The notes under the pieces: model-generated
Databases searched by the model: none
Told to the model about the DNA's origin: nothing
Seen by the model: the letters and a program-made list of their open reading frames with translations, nothing else
Translations under genes and position numbers: made by a program
Origin: an uncultured Solirubrobacterales bacterium
GTDB taxonomy: Bacteria; Actinomycetota; Thermoleophilia; Solirubrobacterales; Solirubrobacteraceae
Length of the DNA stretch: 64,000 nt
NCBI GenBank assembly: GCA_963822855.1
Contig: CAWGJE010000005.1
Coordinates: 81,622-145,621 of the forward strand
Direction: 5' to 3'
Shown: one piece after another, positions 29,866 through 38,973 of the stretch
How positions within the stretch are numbered: position 1 is the first letter of the stretch
Layout: each line of letters begins with the position of its first letter

Positions 29866-31395
29866 CTAGCCGGTCGTCCCCGGCACGAGCGACCCGACCA
29901 GCGTCTGCACGCCCTCGGCGACGGTCAGCACGAACTCTCGCCCCACTTCACCGGGTGGTTCGACCGCGACCGGCGCCGGTGGCGGACCGGCGATGAAGTG
30001 CTGGGCGACGACGGGGGCGTACGTCGCGTCGTGCGAGTTCTGGTCATCGCACGCCGACCCCGGCCGCACCGCATTGACCTCGGCAACCCCCGGAGTCTCG
30101 CCCTCGGCGAAGTTGTGGAGCACGCACCAAGCCATCCGGGGAGTGCCGTATCCGCTCGCCCCGGCCAGCCCGGGATTCAGGTTGACGAGGCCCGAGTCCC
30201 ACCCGACGTTCTGGTTGTTGAAGTCGTAGTAATAGACGCGCGTGATCTGACTCGACTCGCTCGGGAGCCGCAGGTACCCCTCGGCCGCGAGCGCCTGCAC
30301 GGTCGGGTTGCCGTTGAGACACGCCAACCAAGTCCCGTCGTCGGCAGGGTTGCCGTCACCGCACACGCTGGTCACCCCCGCCTTCCCTGAGTTCGTCAGC
30401 CACACTCCCGCCTCGGTCAGCCAGATCTGCGGATCGCTCGGATACAGCTGGTCGATCACCTCGATCGCGCCCTGCGCGCTCGGGAGGCCGGAGGTCGCCG
30501 GCGGGAGCGGATCGCCGCCGTTCAAAGCCGCGTAATCAACGTCCAAGTAAGGGTGGATCGCGACCGCGTCCGGTGGCGTCGGATCGATACGCGATAACTC
30601 CCGGAAATACCCACCCAGGTAGTAACACGAAGTGGTGACACAGCTCGAGGTGTTGAAGTTGAACCCGCCGGCGACGAGCGTCTGACTCGCCCCTGGATCA
30701 GCTCGCATCGCGTCCAAATACCAGTACGCCGCCGCCTGGGCACTGCCGCCGTGACCATTGCCACCCGACGGGGTCACGGCCGGGCTGCCGAGCACACACT
30801 GATCCTGAGTTGCCACCCATACCCCATTGCGAGCCGTGCAGTTGGGACCGCCGCCCGGGATCGAGTCGGGGACGTAGGCGGAGTCGGGCTCGTTGAACAC
30901 CTCCCACTGGGTGACCCCGGGCTCGGCTCGCTCGAGCCCGCTCAGCCCGCACTCATACCCGTTGTCGGTCGGCCAGATGTCGTCGGCAGAGGTGTTCAAA
31001 GAAGTGGTGAGCGCGACCAGCACGTGACCGACGCCCACAGCACGTGCGGCAGCAGCGACCTCGTCGGCGTACACGGCCGCCGGCGAGCCGGGGCCGGCCG
31101 GCGACTTCTGGCACGTGCCGGCCGAGAAGCTCCCCTTGCCGTCGTTCACCGCATCCCAGGGAACGTAGATGCGCGCGTAACAGATCGCGTTGGACGTAGC
31201 GCCGGCGCAAGAGCTTCCACCGAGCAACTCGGTGAAGTAAGGGTTGCTCTGATACGTGAAGGTCGGCGCAGCTCCCGGCTGGACAGACCCGTCCATGTTG
31301 ATCCCCCAGCCAACCGCGAGCGCTCGCGCCGGCGCGACAAATGCGCCCGCTACGACGATCACGCACACGATCCATACCCTCGCTCGCAAGCGCAC
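29866..31395 (-). CDS. Secreted Cys-rich clan GH-A-like glycoside hydrolase
   Basis: Signal peptide, RIYVPWD, WEVFNEPD (acid/base-like), AIHPY, IWLTEAG (nucleophile-like), RVYYY. Confidence 0.7.
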   Translation of the reverse strand: MRLRARVWIVCVIVVAGAFVAPARALAVGWGINMDGSVQPGAAPTFTYQSNPYFTELLGGSSCAGATSNAICYARIYVPWDAVNDGKGSFSAGTCQKSPAGPGSPAAVYADEVAAAARAVGVGHVLVALTTSLNTSADDIWPTDNGYECGLSGLERAEPGVTQWEVFNEPDSAYVPDSIPGGGPNCTARNGVWVATQDQCVLGSPAVTPSGGNGHGGSAQAAAYWYLDAMRADPGASQTLVAGGFNFNTSSCVTTSCYYLGGYFRELSRIDPTPPDAVAIHPYLDVDYAALNGGDPLPPATSGLPSAQGAIEVIDQLYPSDPQIWLTEAGVWLTNSGKAGVTSVCGDGNPADDGTWLACLNGNPTVQALAAEGYLRLPSESSQITRVYYYDFNNQNVGWDSGLVNLNPGLAGASGYGTPRMAWCVLHNFAEGETPGVAEVNAVRPGSACDDQNSHDATYAPVVAQHFIAGPPPAPVAVEPPGEVGREFVLTVAEGVQTLVGSLVPGTTG

Positions 31396-31441
31396 CTGAC
31401 CGTAGCGGAGGGCACGATCGGCGGCGTCGGTCGCGGACCGC

Positions 31442-31915
31442 TCAGCCTACGGCGCCGCCTCCCGAACCGAGGACCGTGGCGAGCGCACGGAGCGACAGGG
31501 TTGCGGCGAGCGTCCGCGCCACGTCAGCCTTCGACAGCAGCGCCAGCGCCTCCGCGAGCGCATCGCCCCACGCGCGTTCTTGATCGGCGCGGTGAGTGAG
31601 CGCCGCCGGCGTCGGATACAGCCGGACGATGCGACCGTCGTCGGGATCGCGCCGTCGCTCGAGCAAGCCCCGCGCTTCAAGCGCGCGCAGCCCCGTGGAG
31701 ACGTTTGCCGGCGCCAGCCGCAACTCGCCCGCGGCCTCGTTAACGCTCAGTCCCGGGCGCCGGACCAGTAGCCGCATGATCTCGAGCTCGGAGCTCGGGA
31801 GCGCGAAGCCAGGGTCCGACTCGCGGCCGATCGTCCGCGGCAGCAGCCACGCCAGGTCGTGCAGGACGACGGCGAGCTCTTTGGGCGTCTGCTCTTCCAT
31901 CGCGACATCGAGCAT
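31442..31915 (-). CDS. MarR-family transcriptional regulator
   Basis: PGLSVNEAA..L.LAPANVS..L..LE.RGLLERR.DP.DGR. Start may be 31900. Confidence 0.9.
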   Translation of the reverse strand: MLDVAMEEQTPKELAVVLHDLAWLLPRTIGRESDPGFALPSSELEIMRLLVRRPGLSVNEAAGELRLAPANVSTGLRALEARGLLERRRDPDDGRIVRLYPTPAALTHRADQERAWGDALAEALALLSKADVARTLAATLSLRALATVLGSGGGAVG

Positions 31916-31932
31916 GGTAAGGTCGAAAGCAA

Positions 31933-31955
31933 TATCTATAAGTCTATAGCTATAA
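31933..31955. promoter_or_regulatory. Putative MarR operator (AT-rich overlapping palindromes)
   Basis: CTATA-AGTC-TATAG (31936-31949) and TATAGCTATA (31945-31954), between divergent marR and oxidase genes. Confidence 0.6.
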
Positions 31956-33331
31956 ATGACCGGCTAAACATCCCGGGCTTCAAGGGCCGCGTCGTAGCGC
32001 CCGACGCGCCGGACTTTGACGCGGCTCGCGCCGTCTGGAACGTGATGCACGACCGCCGCCCGGCGTTGATCGCTCGCTGCGAGTCCGCAGAAGACGTCGC
32101 GGCCGCGATCGCCCACGGCCGGAAGCACAACCTCAGTATCGCGATCCGGGGCGGCGGGCACTCCCTCCCTGGGTTTTCGACGGTCGATCAAGGCCTCGTC
32201 ATCGACCTCCGCAAGCTCAACCATGTCAACGTCGACCCAGCAGAAAAGCGCGTCCGCGTCGGGGGCGGCGCCCTACTCGGTGACGTCGACCGCGGCGCTC
32301 AGGACCACGGCCTCGTCGTCCCCGCCGGCGTCGTCTCGCACACCGGCGTCGGCGGCCTGACGCTCGGCGGCGGCGTCGGCCGGCTCATGCGGCGCTTCGG
32401 GCTGACGATCGACTCGCTCACGTCGGCGACGGTGGTCCTCGCCGGCGGCCGGATCGTCCACGCCACCCACGACGAGCACGCCGACCTGTTCTGGGCGCTG
32501 CGCGGTGGCGGCGGCAACTTCGGCGTGGTGACCGAGTTCGAGTTCCGCGCCCACGAGCTCGCGGAGCTGCCGATCCTCGCGACGTTCCATGCCCTCGACG
32601 ACGCAAGAAAGGTCCTCAAAATGGGTGAGCGTCTGATGGGCGACCCTGAAACGCCCTACGAGCTGCTGTGGACGAGCTTCATGCGCCGCGGCCCCGCCGA
32701 GGCCCCGTGGATGACCCCGGCGCTCGAGGGCACGCCCGGGATCATGTCGCTGATCGAATGGTCGGGCCCGGAGCACGAAGGCCTCGACCTCCTCCGTGGG
32801 ATTCAACGCGAGCTCGATCCGCCCGCCGGCGAGCTCGCCACCGTGCCCTACCTCGCGATCCAGTCGATCACCGACGAACTGCTCGCGCCCGGGACGCTGC
32901 ACGCCTACCTCAAGGCGGGTTTCACGAGCGAACTCACCGACGATCTGATCGCCCAAGTGATCGACCGCGGCGCAAAGGTCGGCTCCCGCCTATCGGTGAT
33001 CGAGTTGCTCGCGCTCGGCGGCGCGATCCGCGATGTCCCAAACGACGCGACGGCATTCCCCCACCGCGACGCGAACTGGCTCATGAACATCGCCGGTCAG
33101 TGGCGGGACCCAGCCGCGACCAACGACGAAATCGCCTGGGTCCGGGACACGTTCGCCGCACTCGAGCCGCACCTGACCGGTGGCGCCTATTCCAACTTCA
33201 TGGAGGACGACGACGCCGAGCCCGCGGCTACCGCCTACGGCTCGACGCTGACCCGCCTTCAAGAGATCAAGGCGATATACGACCCCGACAATGTGTTCCG
33301 CCTGAACCAGAACATCGAGCCCGCACGATGA
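31952..33331 (+). CDS. FAD-linked oxidoreductase (BBE / 6-hydroxy-D-nicotine-oxidase-like)
   Basis: ARAVWN.M.DRRPA, RGGGHS, GGLTLGGG, LFWALRGGGGNFGVVT, YDPDNVFRLNQNI. Start is ambiguous (see findings). Confidence 0.9.
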   Translation: MNDRLNIPGFKGRVVAPDAPDFDAARAVWNVMHDRRPALIARCESAEDVAAAIAHGRKHNLSIAIRGGGHSLPGFSTVDQGLVIDLRKLNHVNVDPAEKRVRVGGGALLGDVDRGAQDHGLVVPAGVVSHTGVGGLTLGGGVGRLMRRFGLTIDSLTSATVVLAGGRIVHATHDEHADLFWALRGGGGNFGVVTEFEFRAHELAELPILATFHALDDARKVLKMGERLMGDPETPYELLWTSFMRRGPAEAPWMTPALEGTPGIMSLIEWSGPEHEGLDLLRGIQRELDPPAGELATVPYLAIQSITDELLAPGTLHAYLKAGFTSELTDDLIAQVIDRGAKVGSRLSVIELLALGGAIRDVPNDATAFPHRDANWLMNIAGQWRDPAATNDEIAWVRDTFAALEPHLTGGAYSNFMEDDDAEPAATAYGSTLTRLQEIKAIYDPDNVFRLNQNIEPAR

Positions 33332-34125
33332 GCAACCAATCGATCATCGACGAGCAGCGCGAGCTGTGGAGCTCGAACCCCCGCGACTGGGCCGAGATCG
33401 CCGAGCCGCAGAACCACACTCTGTTCGCCGAACTACTCGACCAGACCGAGACGGGACCGAACATCCGCTTGCTCGACATCGCCTGCGGCTCGGGCTATGC
33501 CGCCGCACTCGCCGCCGCCCGTGGCGCGACGGTCACCGGCATCGATATCGCGCCGGCACTGCTCGAGATCGCGCGCGAGCGCACGCCTGGCGGCACGTTC
33601 GTGGAGGGCGAAATGGACGCGCTCCCGTTCCTCGACGAGCAGTTCGACGTGGTCACGTCGGTCAACGGCTTTCAGTTCGCGCTCGACCCCGCGAGGGCCT
33701 TCGCGGAGGCCGCGCGCGTCCTCGTCCCCGGAGCCCGGCTGGCCGCGGCCACCTTTGCCGAGCCCGAGCGCAACGAGGGCACCGCGCTCCATCTCGCGAT
33801 GAAGGCGCTGGTCGACGAACCGGCGGACGACGGCTATGCGCCCTACGCGCTCTCGTCACCGAGCGGGCTGGCGCGCGCCCTCGAAGATGCCGCCGGGCTT
33901 CGGCCGACCAGCGTCGGCGAGGTCGCCGTCGCGTGGACCTACCCCGACACCGACACAGCGGTGCGGGCACTACTCGCGTCCGCCGGCGGGGCACGGTCCG
34001 CCCGCGCGGTCGGCGAGCGACGCGTCCGCGCCGCGCTCGTCGCAGCGATCGAGCCGTTCCAGGACCGCGCCGGCGCGGTCGCGATCCACAACGTGTTCCG
34101 TTACGTGGTCGGCGTCAAGCCCTGA
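33328..34125 (+). CDS. Class I SAM-dependent methyltransferase
   Basis: LLDIACGSG, VTGIDIA, LPF.DEQFDVV, ARVLVPGA. ATGA overlap with the oxidase. Confidence 0.9.
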   Translation: MSNQSIIDEQRELWSSNPRDWAEIAEPQNHTLFAELLDQTETGPNIRLLDIACGSGYAAALAAARGATVTGIDIAPALLEIARERTPGGTFVEGEMDALPFLDEQFDVVTSVNGFQFALDPARAFAEAARVLVPGARLAAATFAEPERNEGTALHLAMKALVDEPADDGYAPYALSSPSGLARALEDAAGLRPTSVGEVAVAWTYPDTDTAVRALLASAGGARSARAVGERRVRAALVAAIEPFQDRAGAVAIHNVFRYVVGVKP

Positions 34126-34141
34126 GGCTGGGTCGGCCTGA

Positions 34142-34170
34142 TGTCACAGACCTGGTCGAATCCAACAACT
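34142..34170 (+). promoter_or_regulatory. Candidate autoregulated ECF promoter
   Basis: TGTCACA-N16-ACAACT, 8 nt before the ECF sigma ATG. Confidence 0.4.
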
Positions 34171-34178
34171 ACCGCCAT

Positions 34179-34775
34179 ATGAGCACAGCAGCGGGCGCCA
34201 AGGTGATGATGCTCCGGGACTCCTCCCGAGCGAACGCCGCAGCGCCCGGCGGCCCCTCGGGGTCGGCGCTTGCCGAGTTCGAGCAGATCTACCGCGGCAA
34301 CGTCGACGTCGTGATGGCGTACTTCGCGCGGCGCTGCGGCGAGCCGCAGGTCGTGGCCGATCTGACCTCGGAGACGTTCGTCCGCGCGGCGGGCGCGTTC
34401 GGCAGCTTCGATCCGGGCCGGGGCTCGGCCCGGGCGTGGCTGTTCGGGATCGCCGCCCACGTGTTCGCCGGGCACTGCGCCCAGGCGGCCAGCGGGCGGG
34501 ACGCCGTCGCACGGCTGGCCCAGCGCCGATCGCTCGACGTGGACGAGATCGAGGAGGTCGCCGGCAAGATCGATGCCGAGCGGGCCGGCCGGGAGCTGAT
34601 CGAGCGCTGCTCGCAGCTGCCCGAGCTCGAGCGTGCTGCTGTCGAACTGGTTGACCTCGCCGGGTTGACGCCGAAGGAGGCCGCAACGGCGCTCGGCGTC
34701 TCTCGAGTCGTGCTGCGCAAGCGGCTGTCCCGGGCGCGGGCCCGGCTGAGAAAGGAGCATCAGAGCGATGGGTAA
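34179..34775 (+). CDS. ECF RNA polymerase sigma factor
   Basis: FEQIY, ADLTSETF, FDP.RGSARAWLFGIA, LPELERAAVEL..L.GLTPKEAA..LGVS..RLSRARARLR. Confidence 0.9.
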   Translation: MSTAAGAKVMMLRDSSRANAAAPGGPSGSALAEFEQIYRGNVDVVMAYFARRCGEPQVVADLTSETFVRAAGAFGSFDPGRGSARAWLFGIAAHVFAGHCAQAASGRDAVARLAQRRSLDVDEIEEVAGKIDAERAGRELIERCSQLPELERAAVELVDLAGLTPKEAATALGVSRVVLRKRLSRARARLRKEHQSDG

Positions 34776-35643
34776 ATTCGAGGACCGCTTGTGGCGAGAC
34801 CTCGTGCGCAAGCACGGGGCAGATCTCGCGCAGATGACGAGGCCGGCCAAACACGCTCGGCGCGCGCGGCCGCGCCTGCTGGCCGGCACGTCGATCGGCC
34901 TCGCCGTTGCTGGAACCGCGGCGGCGCTGGTCTTGAGCGCCGCGAGCAGCCCGCCGGCGTTCGCGGTCAGCCGCAATTCGGACGGCACGTGGACGGTCTC
35001 GATCCAGAAGCTCGCGGCGGTCCACGGGGCGAACGCGAAGCTCGCGGCCCTCGGCATCCGGGCGAGGCTCGTCGTGGTGACGCAGGGTTGCACGGTCAAG
35101 GCGCTTCCACCGACGGCGGTGCAGGCGATGCAGCTGGCCCGGACCGTGGCCAGCGCCCCCAAGCAGCAGGTTGCCGTCGCGAAGCTGGATCCGACCAAGA
35201 TCCCGCCCGGCAAATGGCAGGTCATCCCGGCGTACCGGATCAACGGGACGGTGCACGTGGAGAAGGGCAACCTGATCCAGGGCCAAGCGCCCACCTGCTT
35301 CAGCACCGTTCCCGCGCCTCCGTGCCAGGCCCGGCCCTTGACCGTGCTGCGGAACGGTCACCTGACCCACCTCACCCCGTCCGAGGCTAAGAAGCGCGCC
35401 GTCCAGGCGCTCGCGGCGTTCAGCGCCGCCGCCCACGACCGGTCCAGCGACGCAGGCAACTCAGGCAACTCAGGCAATTCGGGCAGCGGGAACAGCGGCA
35501 CCTCCACCTCGACCGCCACACAAGCGCCACTCCCCGCCGCGACATGGGTCGTCGGCTGCTACGTCCATGCCCCTGTCAAGCAGCAGCCTAACGCCGGTAA
35601 CAGCGGCAACTCGGGCGACTCGGGTACCAGCGGCAACAGCTGA
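34768..35643 (+). CDS. Probable single-TM anti-sigma factor with GNS-repeat extracytoplasmic domain
   Basis: Overlaps the ECF gene. Short N-terminal domain (FEDRLW..L), one TM helix, paired Cys, and AGNSGNSG tracts. Confidence 0.72.
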   Translation: MGKFEDRLWRDLVRKHGADLAQMTRPAKHARRARPRLLAGTSIGLAVAGTAAALVLSAASSPPAFAVSRNSDGTWTVSIQKLAAVHGANAKLAALGIRARLVVVTQGCTVKALPPTAVQAMQLARTVASAPKQQVAVAKLDPTKIPPGKWQVIPAYRINGTVHVEKGNLIQGQAPTCFSTVPAPPCQARPLTVLRNGHLTHLTPSEAKKRAVQALAAFSAAAHDRSSDAGNSGNSGNSGSGNSGTSTSTATQAPLPAATWVVGCYVHAPVKQQPNAGNSGNSGDSGTSGNS

Positions 35644-37837
35644 CTCCCGTGCTGCACGCAGCCACGGGCCGTCCTCCCTCGGCCCGTGGCTGTTCGTCGG
35701 AGCGGCGGTCGCCTGGAACCTGCTGACCCTCCGGGCCGAAACGCTCGCCGTCCCCTACCTCGACGACAGCTCGGTCCATGAGCAGATGGTGCGGTTCGCC
35801 ACCGCGCAACTGCGTGCGGGCTACCTGCCGCTCGGCAGCTGGTTCCCTTTCCTCAGCCTGGGCTCCCCCCAGTTCCTCCACTACCAGGGCCTGCCGGCGA
35901 TGCTCGCCGGCCTGGCGGGACTCCTCATCGGCCCGGACGTGGCGTTCCGCTGGACGCTGTACCTGCTGCTGTCGCTGTGGCCGGTCAGCGTGTACGTGTG
36001 CGCGCGGCTGTTCGGCGCGCGCCGATCCGCAGCCGCCGCGGCCGCCGCGATGTCGCCGTTTCTGGTCAGCGCGACCGGGATCGGCTACGAGCAGAACGCC
36101 TACGTCTGGGTTGGGTACGGCGTCTGGACCCAACTGTGGGCATCGTTCACCCTGCCACTCGCCTGGGGGTTCAGCTGGCGCGCGATCCGTGAGGGCCGCA
36201 ACTGGTTCGCGGCCGTCGCGCTGGTCTCGCTGACGATCGCGCTGCACTTCGAGACCGGCTATCTCGCGCTCCTGCCACTGCTCCTCTGGCCCCTGGTCTG
36301 CGGCCGGTCGATCGCCACCGGCGCCCGCCGCGCGGCGACCGTCGCCGGTGGCGCCCTGCTCGCGGCGGCGTGGGTGATCGTGCCACTGATCGACCAGCGC
36401 CCATGGGCCGCGACCAACGAGGCGCTCCGGGATACCGCGCTGACCAACGGCTACGGCGCCGCGCGGGTGCTCGGCTGGCTCGTCTCTGGGCAGCTGCTCG
36501 ATCACGGGCGGCTCACGGTCGTCACCGCGTTCGCGGCGATCGGCCTGGCGCTCGCGGCCGGCCGCTGGCGAGCGGAGCCGGGCTCGCGCGCGATCGTGGT
36601 CGCGCTCGCCGCGTGCCTGCTGTTGTCGTTCGGACGGGCCACGTTCGGGTCGCTGGTCGACGTGATCCCGGGCAGCACCGACATCTTCTTCCGCCGCTTC
36701 ATGATGGGCGTCCAGTTGGCCGCGCTCGTGCTCGCCGGGAGCGGCGCCGCGTGGTGCGGCGCGTCGGCCTGGAGCGCGGCGGGGAAGTTCGCGCTCGGCC
36801 GGCCCCTGCCCCCGCACGAGGCGCTCCGCCGACGGCTCGCCTGGCGCTGGACGAACCCTCGAATGGCACGACTGCGCACGACGGCCGGAGTCGTCGCGAT
36901 GCTCGTCGTGCTCGCGCCGGCGTGGCTCGAGCTGCGCGCGTTCGACCACCGGAACGCGAGTCACATCACCGCTCAGCGCCGCGCGGACGCGACCCAGGGG
37001 GCCGAGGTCGACCAGTTGATCGCGCTCGTTCAGGACGACGGCGGCGGGCGAGTCTATGCGGGCATGCCGTCGAACTGGGGAGCGAACTTCACGGTCGGAG
37101 CCGTTCCGGTGTTCAAGTACCTCGAAAGCCGAGACGTCGACGAGGTCGGCTACACGCTTCGCACCGCCTCACTAATGACGGGTCCCGAGAACGACTTCGA
37201 CGAGCTCAATCCGTCCGACTATCAACTGTTCGGGGTCCACTACCTGATCCTTCCCACGGGCTGGCCGGCCCCGATACGCGCGGAGCTCGTGGCGGTCTCC
37301 GGTCCCTACGCGCTGTGGACGACTCCGACCGTCGGCTACGTCCATGCGGGCACGATCGTTGGTTCGCTCGCGGCCGACCGGGCCGATCTGGGCGCGCGCA
37401 GCGCACCCGTGCTGAGCTCACGGCTGGCCGGGCGCGGGGATTATTTTGAGATTGATTTCGGTGGTCGCCTGGCCACGGGATCGCCATTGCCCGCACCGTC
37501 ATCGGAAGCGGCGGCCGGCGACGTGACCTCCGAGGGCGACAACCTCGACGACGGCCTCGTCACCGCGACCGTCACCATGCGCCGGCCGGGAGTCGTCGTT
37601 CTGAGCGCCTCGTTCGATGACGGCTGGACCGCGAGCGTCGACGGTCGCCCGAGCATGACGAAGATGGTCGCGCCCGCGCTGGTCGCAACCGACGTCCCCG
37701 CCGGCACGCACACGGTCGCGTTTCGCTACCGGGGCTACTCGGGGTACCCGGAGCTATTCGCGCTGTGCGTGCTGACGCTCGCGGTGTTTGCCGGCGCCGA
37801 CGTCTATCGCCGGCGCGCGGTCAGATCGCAGCTCTAG
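35567..37837 (+). CDS. Polytopic membrane protein, YfhO / GT-C glycosyltransferase-like
   Basis: Many TM segments, LDDSSVH acidic loop, W.P..LG.P..LHY, and C-terminal GWTASVDG..VPAGTHTVAFRY. Start uncertain. Confidence 0.75.
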   Translation: MPLSSSSLTPVTAATRATRVPAATADSRAARSHGPSSLGPWLFVGAAVAWNLLTLRAETLAVPYLDDSSVHEQMVRFATAQLRAGYLPLGSWFPFLSLGSPQFLHYQGLPAMLAGLAGLLIGPDVAFRWTLYLLLSLWPVSVYVCARLFGARRSAAAAAAAMSPFLVSATGIGYEQNAYVWVGYGVWTQLWASFTLPLAWGFSWRAIREGRNWFAAVALVSLTIALHFETGYLALLPLLLWPLVCGRSIATGARRAATVAGGALLAAAWVIVPLIDQRPWAATNEALRDTALTNGYGAARVLGWLVSGQLLDHGRLTVVTAFAAIGLALAAGRWRAEPGSRAIVVALAACLLLSFGRATFGSLVDVIPGSTDIFFRRFMMGVQLAALVLAGSGAAWCGASAWSAAGKFALGRPLPPHEALRRRLAWRWTNPRMARLRTTAGVVAMLVVLAPAWLELRAFDHRNASHITAQRRADATQGAEVDQLIALVQDDGGGRVYAGMPSNWGANFTVGAVPVFKYLESRDVDEVGYTLRTASLMTGPENDFDELNPSDYQLFGVHYLILPTGWPAPIRAELVAVSGPYALWTTPTVGYVHAGTIVGSLAADRADLGARSAPVLSSRLAGRGDYFEIDFGGRLATGSPLPAPSSEAAAGDVTSEGDNLDDGLVTATVTMRRPGVVVLSASFDDGWTASVDGRPSMTKMVAPALVATDVPAGTHTVAFRYRGYSGYPELFALCVLTLAVFAGADVYRRRAVRSQL

Positions 37838-38436
37838 GAGCCGCCGATCGTGTTGTCAAGGCGCCACGTCTTGCCGCCGTTCTTGGAGACATATTGCAAG
37901 CTCGAGTTGCTCGAGCTGGTCTCCCCATCGACGAACGCGACGAGATGCCCCTGTGGGTTTCTGACCACCGCCACCGGGAGCCCGAAGAACAGCGCTCGGT
38001 ACCAGTGCTGGCCGCCGTCGCTGGTGGTGTCGATCACCTGGCCGGTGCCCCAGGCGAATATCGTCTTCGGACCGGCGGCGCCGATGTAGATCACGGCGAG
38101 CGGAGCCTGAGCGGCGTTGAGGTGGAGGGCCGGGCCGTTGGTCTTCCACGTCTTACCGCCGTTGACCGTCGCCGCGGGGTACTGCGCCTGGCCCGTGTCG
38201 ACCAGCGCGAACCCGCGCTGGGCGCCGGTGAACACGCGGTTTCCGAAGATCTTGCTCGCGCTCACCGTCGAGCCGGGCGCGAGGGTTTGACCGGGTCGGC
38301 TGATGAGCGTGGCGGAGACGGTCTGCTGAGGCCCCGCGGCGGCCTGCGCCGAACGGGACGGCGCCGCAGACGCGCTGGCGATGATCGACCCGAGCGCGGC
38401 TGCGCTCACGACAAGGATGGAAACGACGGTACGCAT
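37834..38436 (-). CDS. Secreted protein with Asp-box/BNR-like repeats
   Basis: Signal peptide, TVNGGKTW, TSDGGQHW, SKNGGKTW, and GGAGG RBS. Confidence 0.8.
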   Translation of the reverse strand: MRTVVSILVVSAAALGSIIASASAAPSRSAQAAAGPQQTVSATLISRPGQTLAPGSTVSASKIFGNRVFTGAQRGFALVDTGQAQYPAATVNGGKTWKTNGPALHLNAAQAPLAVIYIGAAGPKTIFAWGTGQVIDTTSDGGQHWYRALFFGLPVAVVRNPQGHLVAFVDGETSSSNSSLQYVSKNGGKTWRLDNTIGGS

Positions 38437-38477
38437 ACAACCTCCGGTTCGACTGGCTGCCCCTGAATCGCGGCAGC

Positions 38478-38942
38478 CTAGTGCAGCACGAGCCTGAGCG
38501 CGATGATCAGCAGGCCGAGCAGTGCGCCGAACAGCGTCTGCAGGACGAGGTCGCGTCCCGATTGCTTCGCCCGCACCCCGGCCACGACCTCGATCAGCAT
38601 GACCACCACCGCAGCGGTCACCAACGCCGTGATGACGGCGGTCTCCAGCGACGCGCCGACCACCCAATCGATCAGCAGTGCGATGAGAGGGATGGCCGCG
38701 CCGAGCAGGATCGGCACCTGCTCCCCCATGATCCGCCCGAGCTCGGCAAAACGGGCGGGCTCGCGGTCCTTCAGGCGGCGCGAGGCGAACTCGGCGTACG
38801 AGTGCGCGAGCCAGTACACCAGCATCGTGATCACCACCGCTCCGACCGTCTCGGCATACGTTTCGCTGGCCGCCGACTCCGCCGCGAGCAACGCCCCTAC
38901 GGTCATCAGGCCGTAGATGGCCGCGCTCAGGTCAGAAAGCAT
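38478..38942 (-). CDS. Small integral membrane protein
   Basis: 4-5 TM segments, AIYG and YWLAHSYA. Confidence 0.8.
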   Translation of the reverse strand: MLSDLSAAIYGLMTVGALLAAESAASETYAETVGAVVITMLVYWLAHSYAEFASRRLKDREPARFAELGRIMGEQVPILLGAAIPLIALLIDWVVGASLETAVITALVTAAVVVMLIEVVAGVRAKQSGRDLVLQTLFGALLGLLIIALRLVLH

Positions 38943-38973
38943 CGCCCCCGTCCGCCCCGCTAGCGGACCAGCG

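Noticed and set aside
29507-29869. Cys-containing 120-aa ORF after the encapsulin as a zinc-finger protein
   Set aside because: Arg/Pro-rich composition typical of non-coding GC-rich frames, no RBS, and it overlaps the inverted-repeat structure.
31415-31445. Sigma-28 promoter for the GH-like gene ending at 31395
   Set aside because: A GCCGAT -10 is present, but there is no TAAA/TCAA -35 at the right spacing.
25834-33331. cfa plus FAD oxidoreductase as a tuberculostearic-acid (methyl-branch) pathway
   Set aside because: The oxidase is 5 kb away, on the other strand, BBE-like, and in its own MarR cassette.
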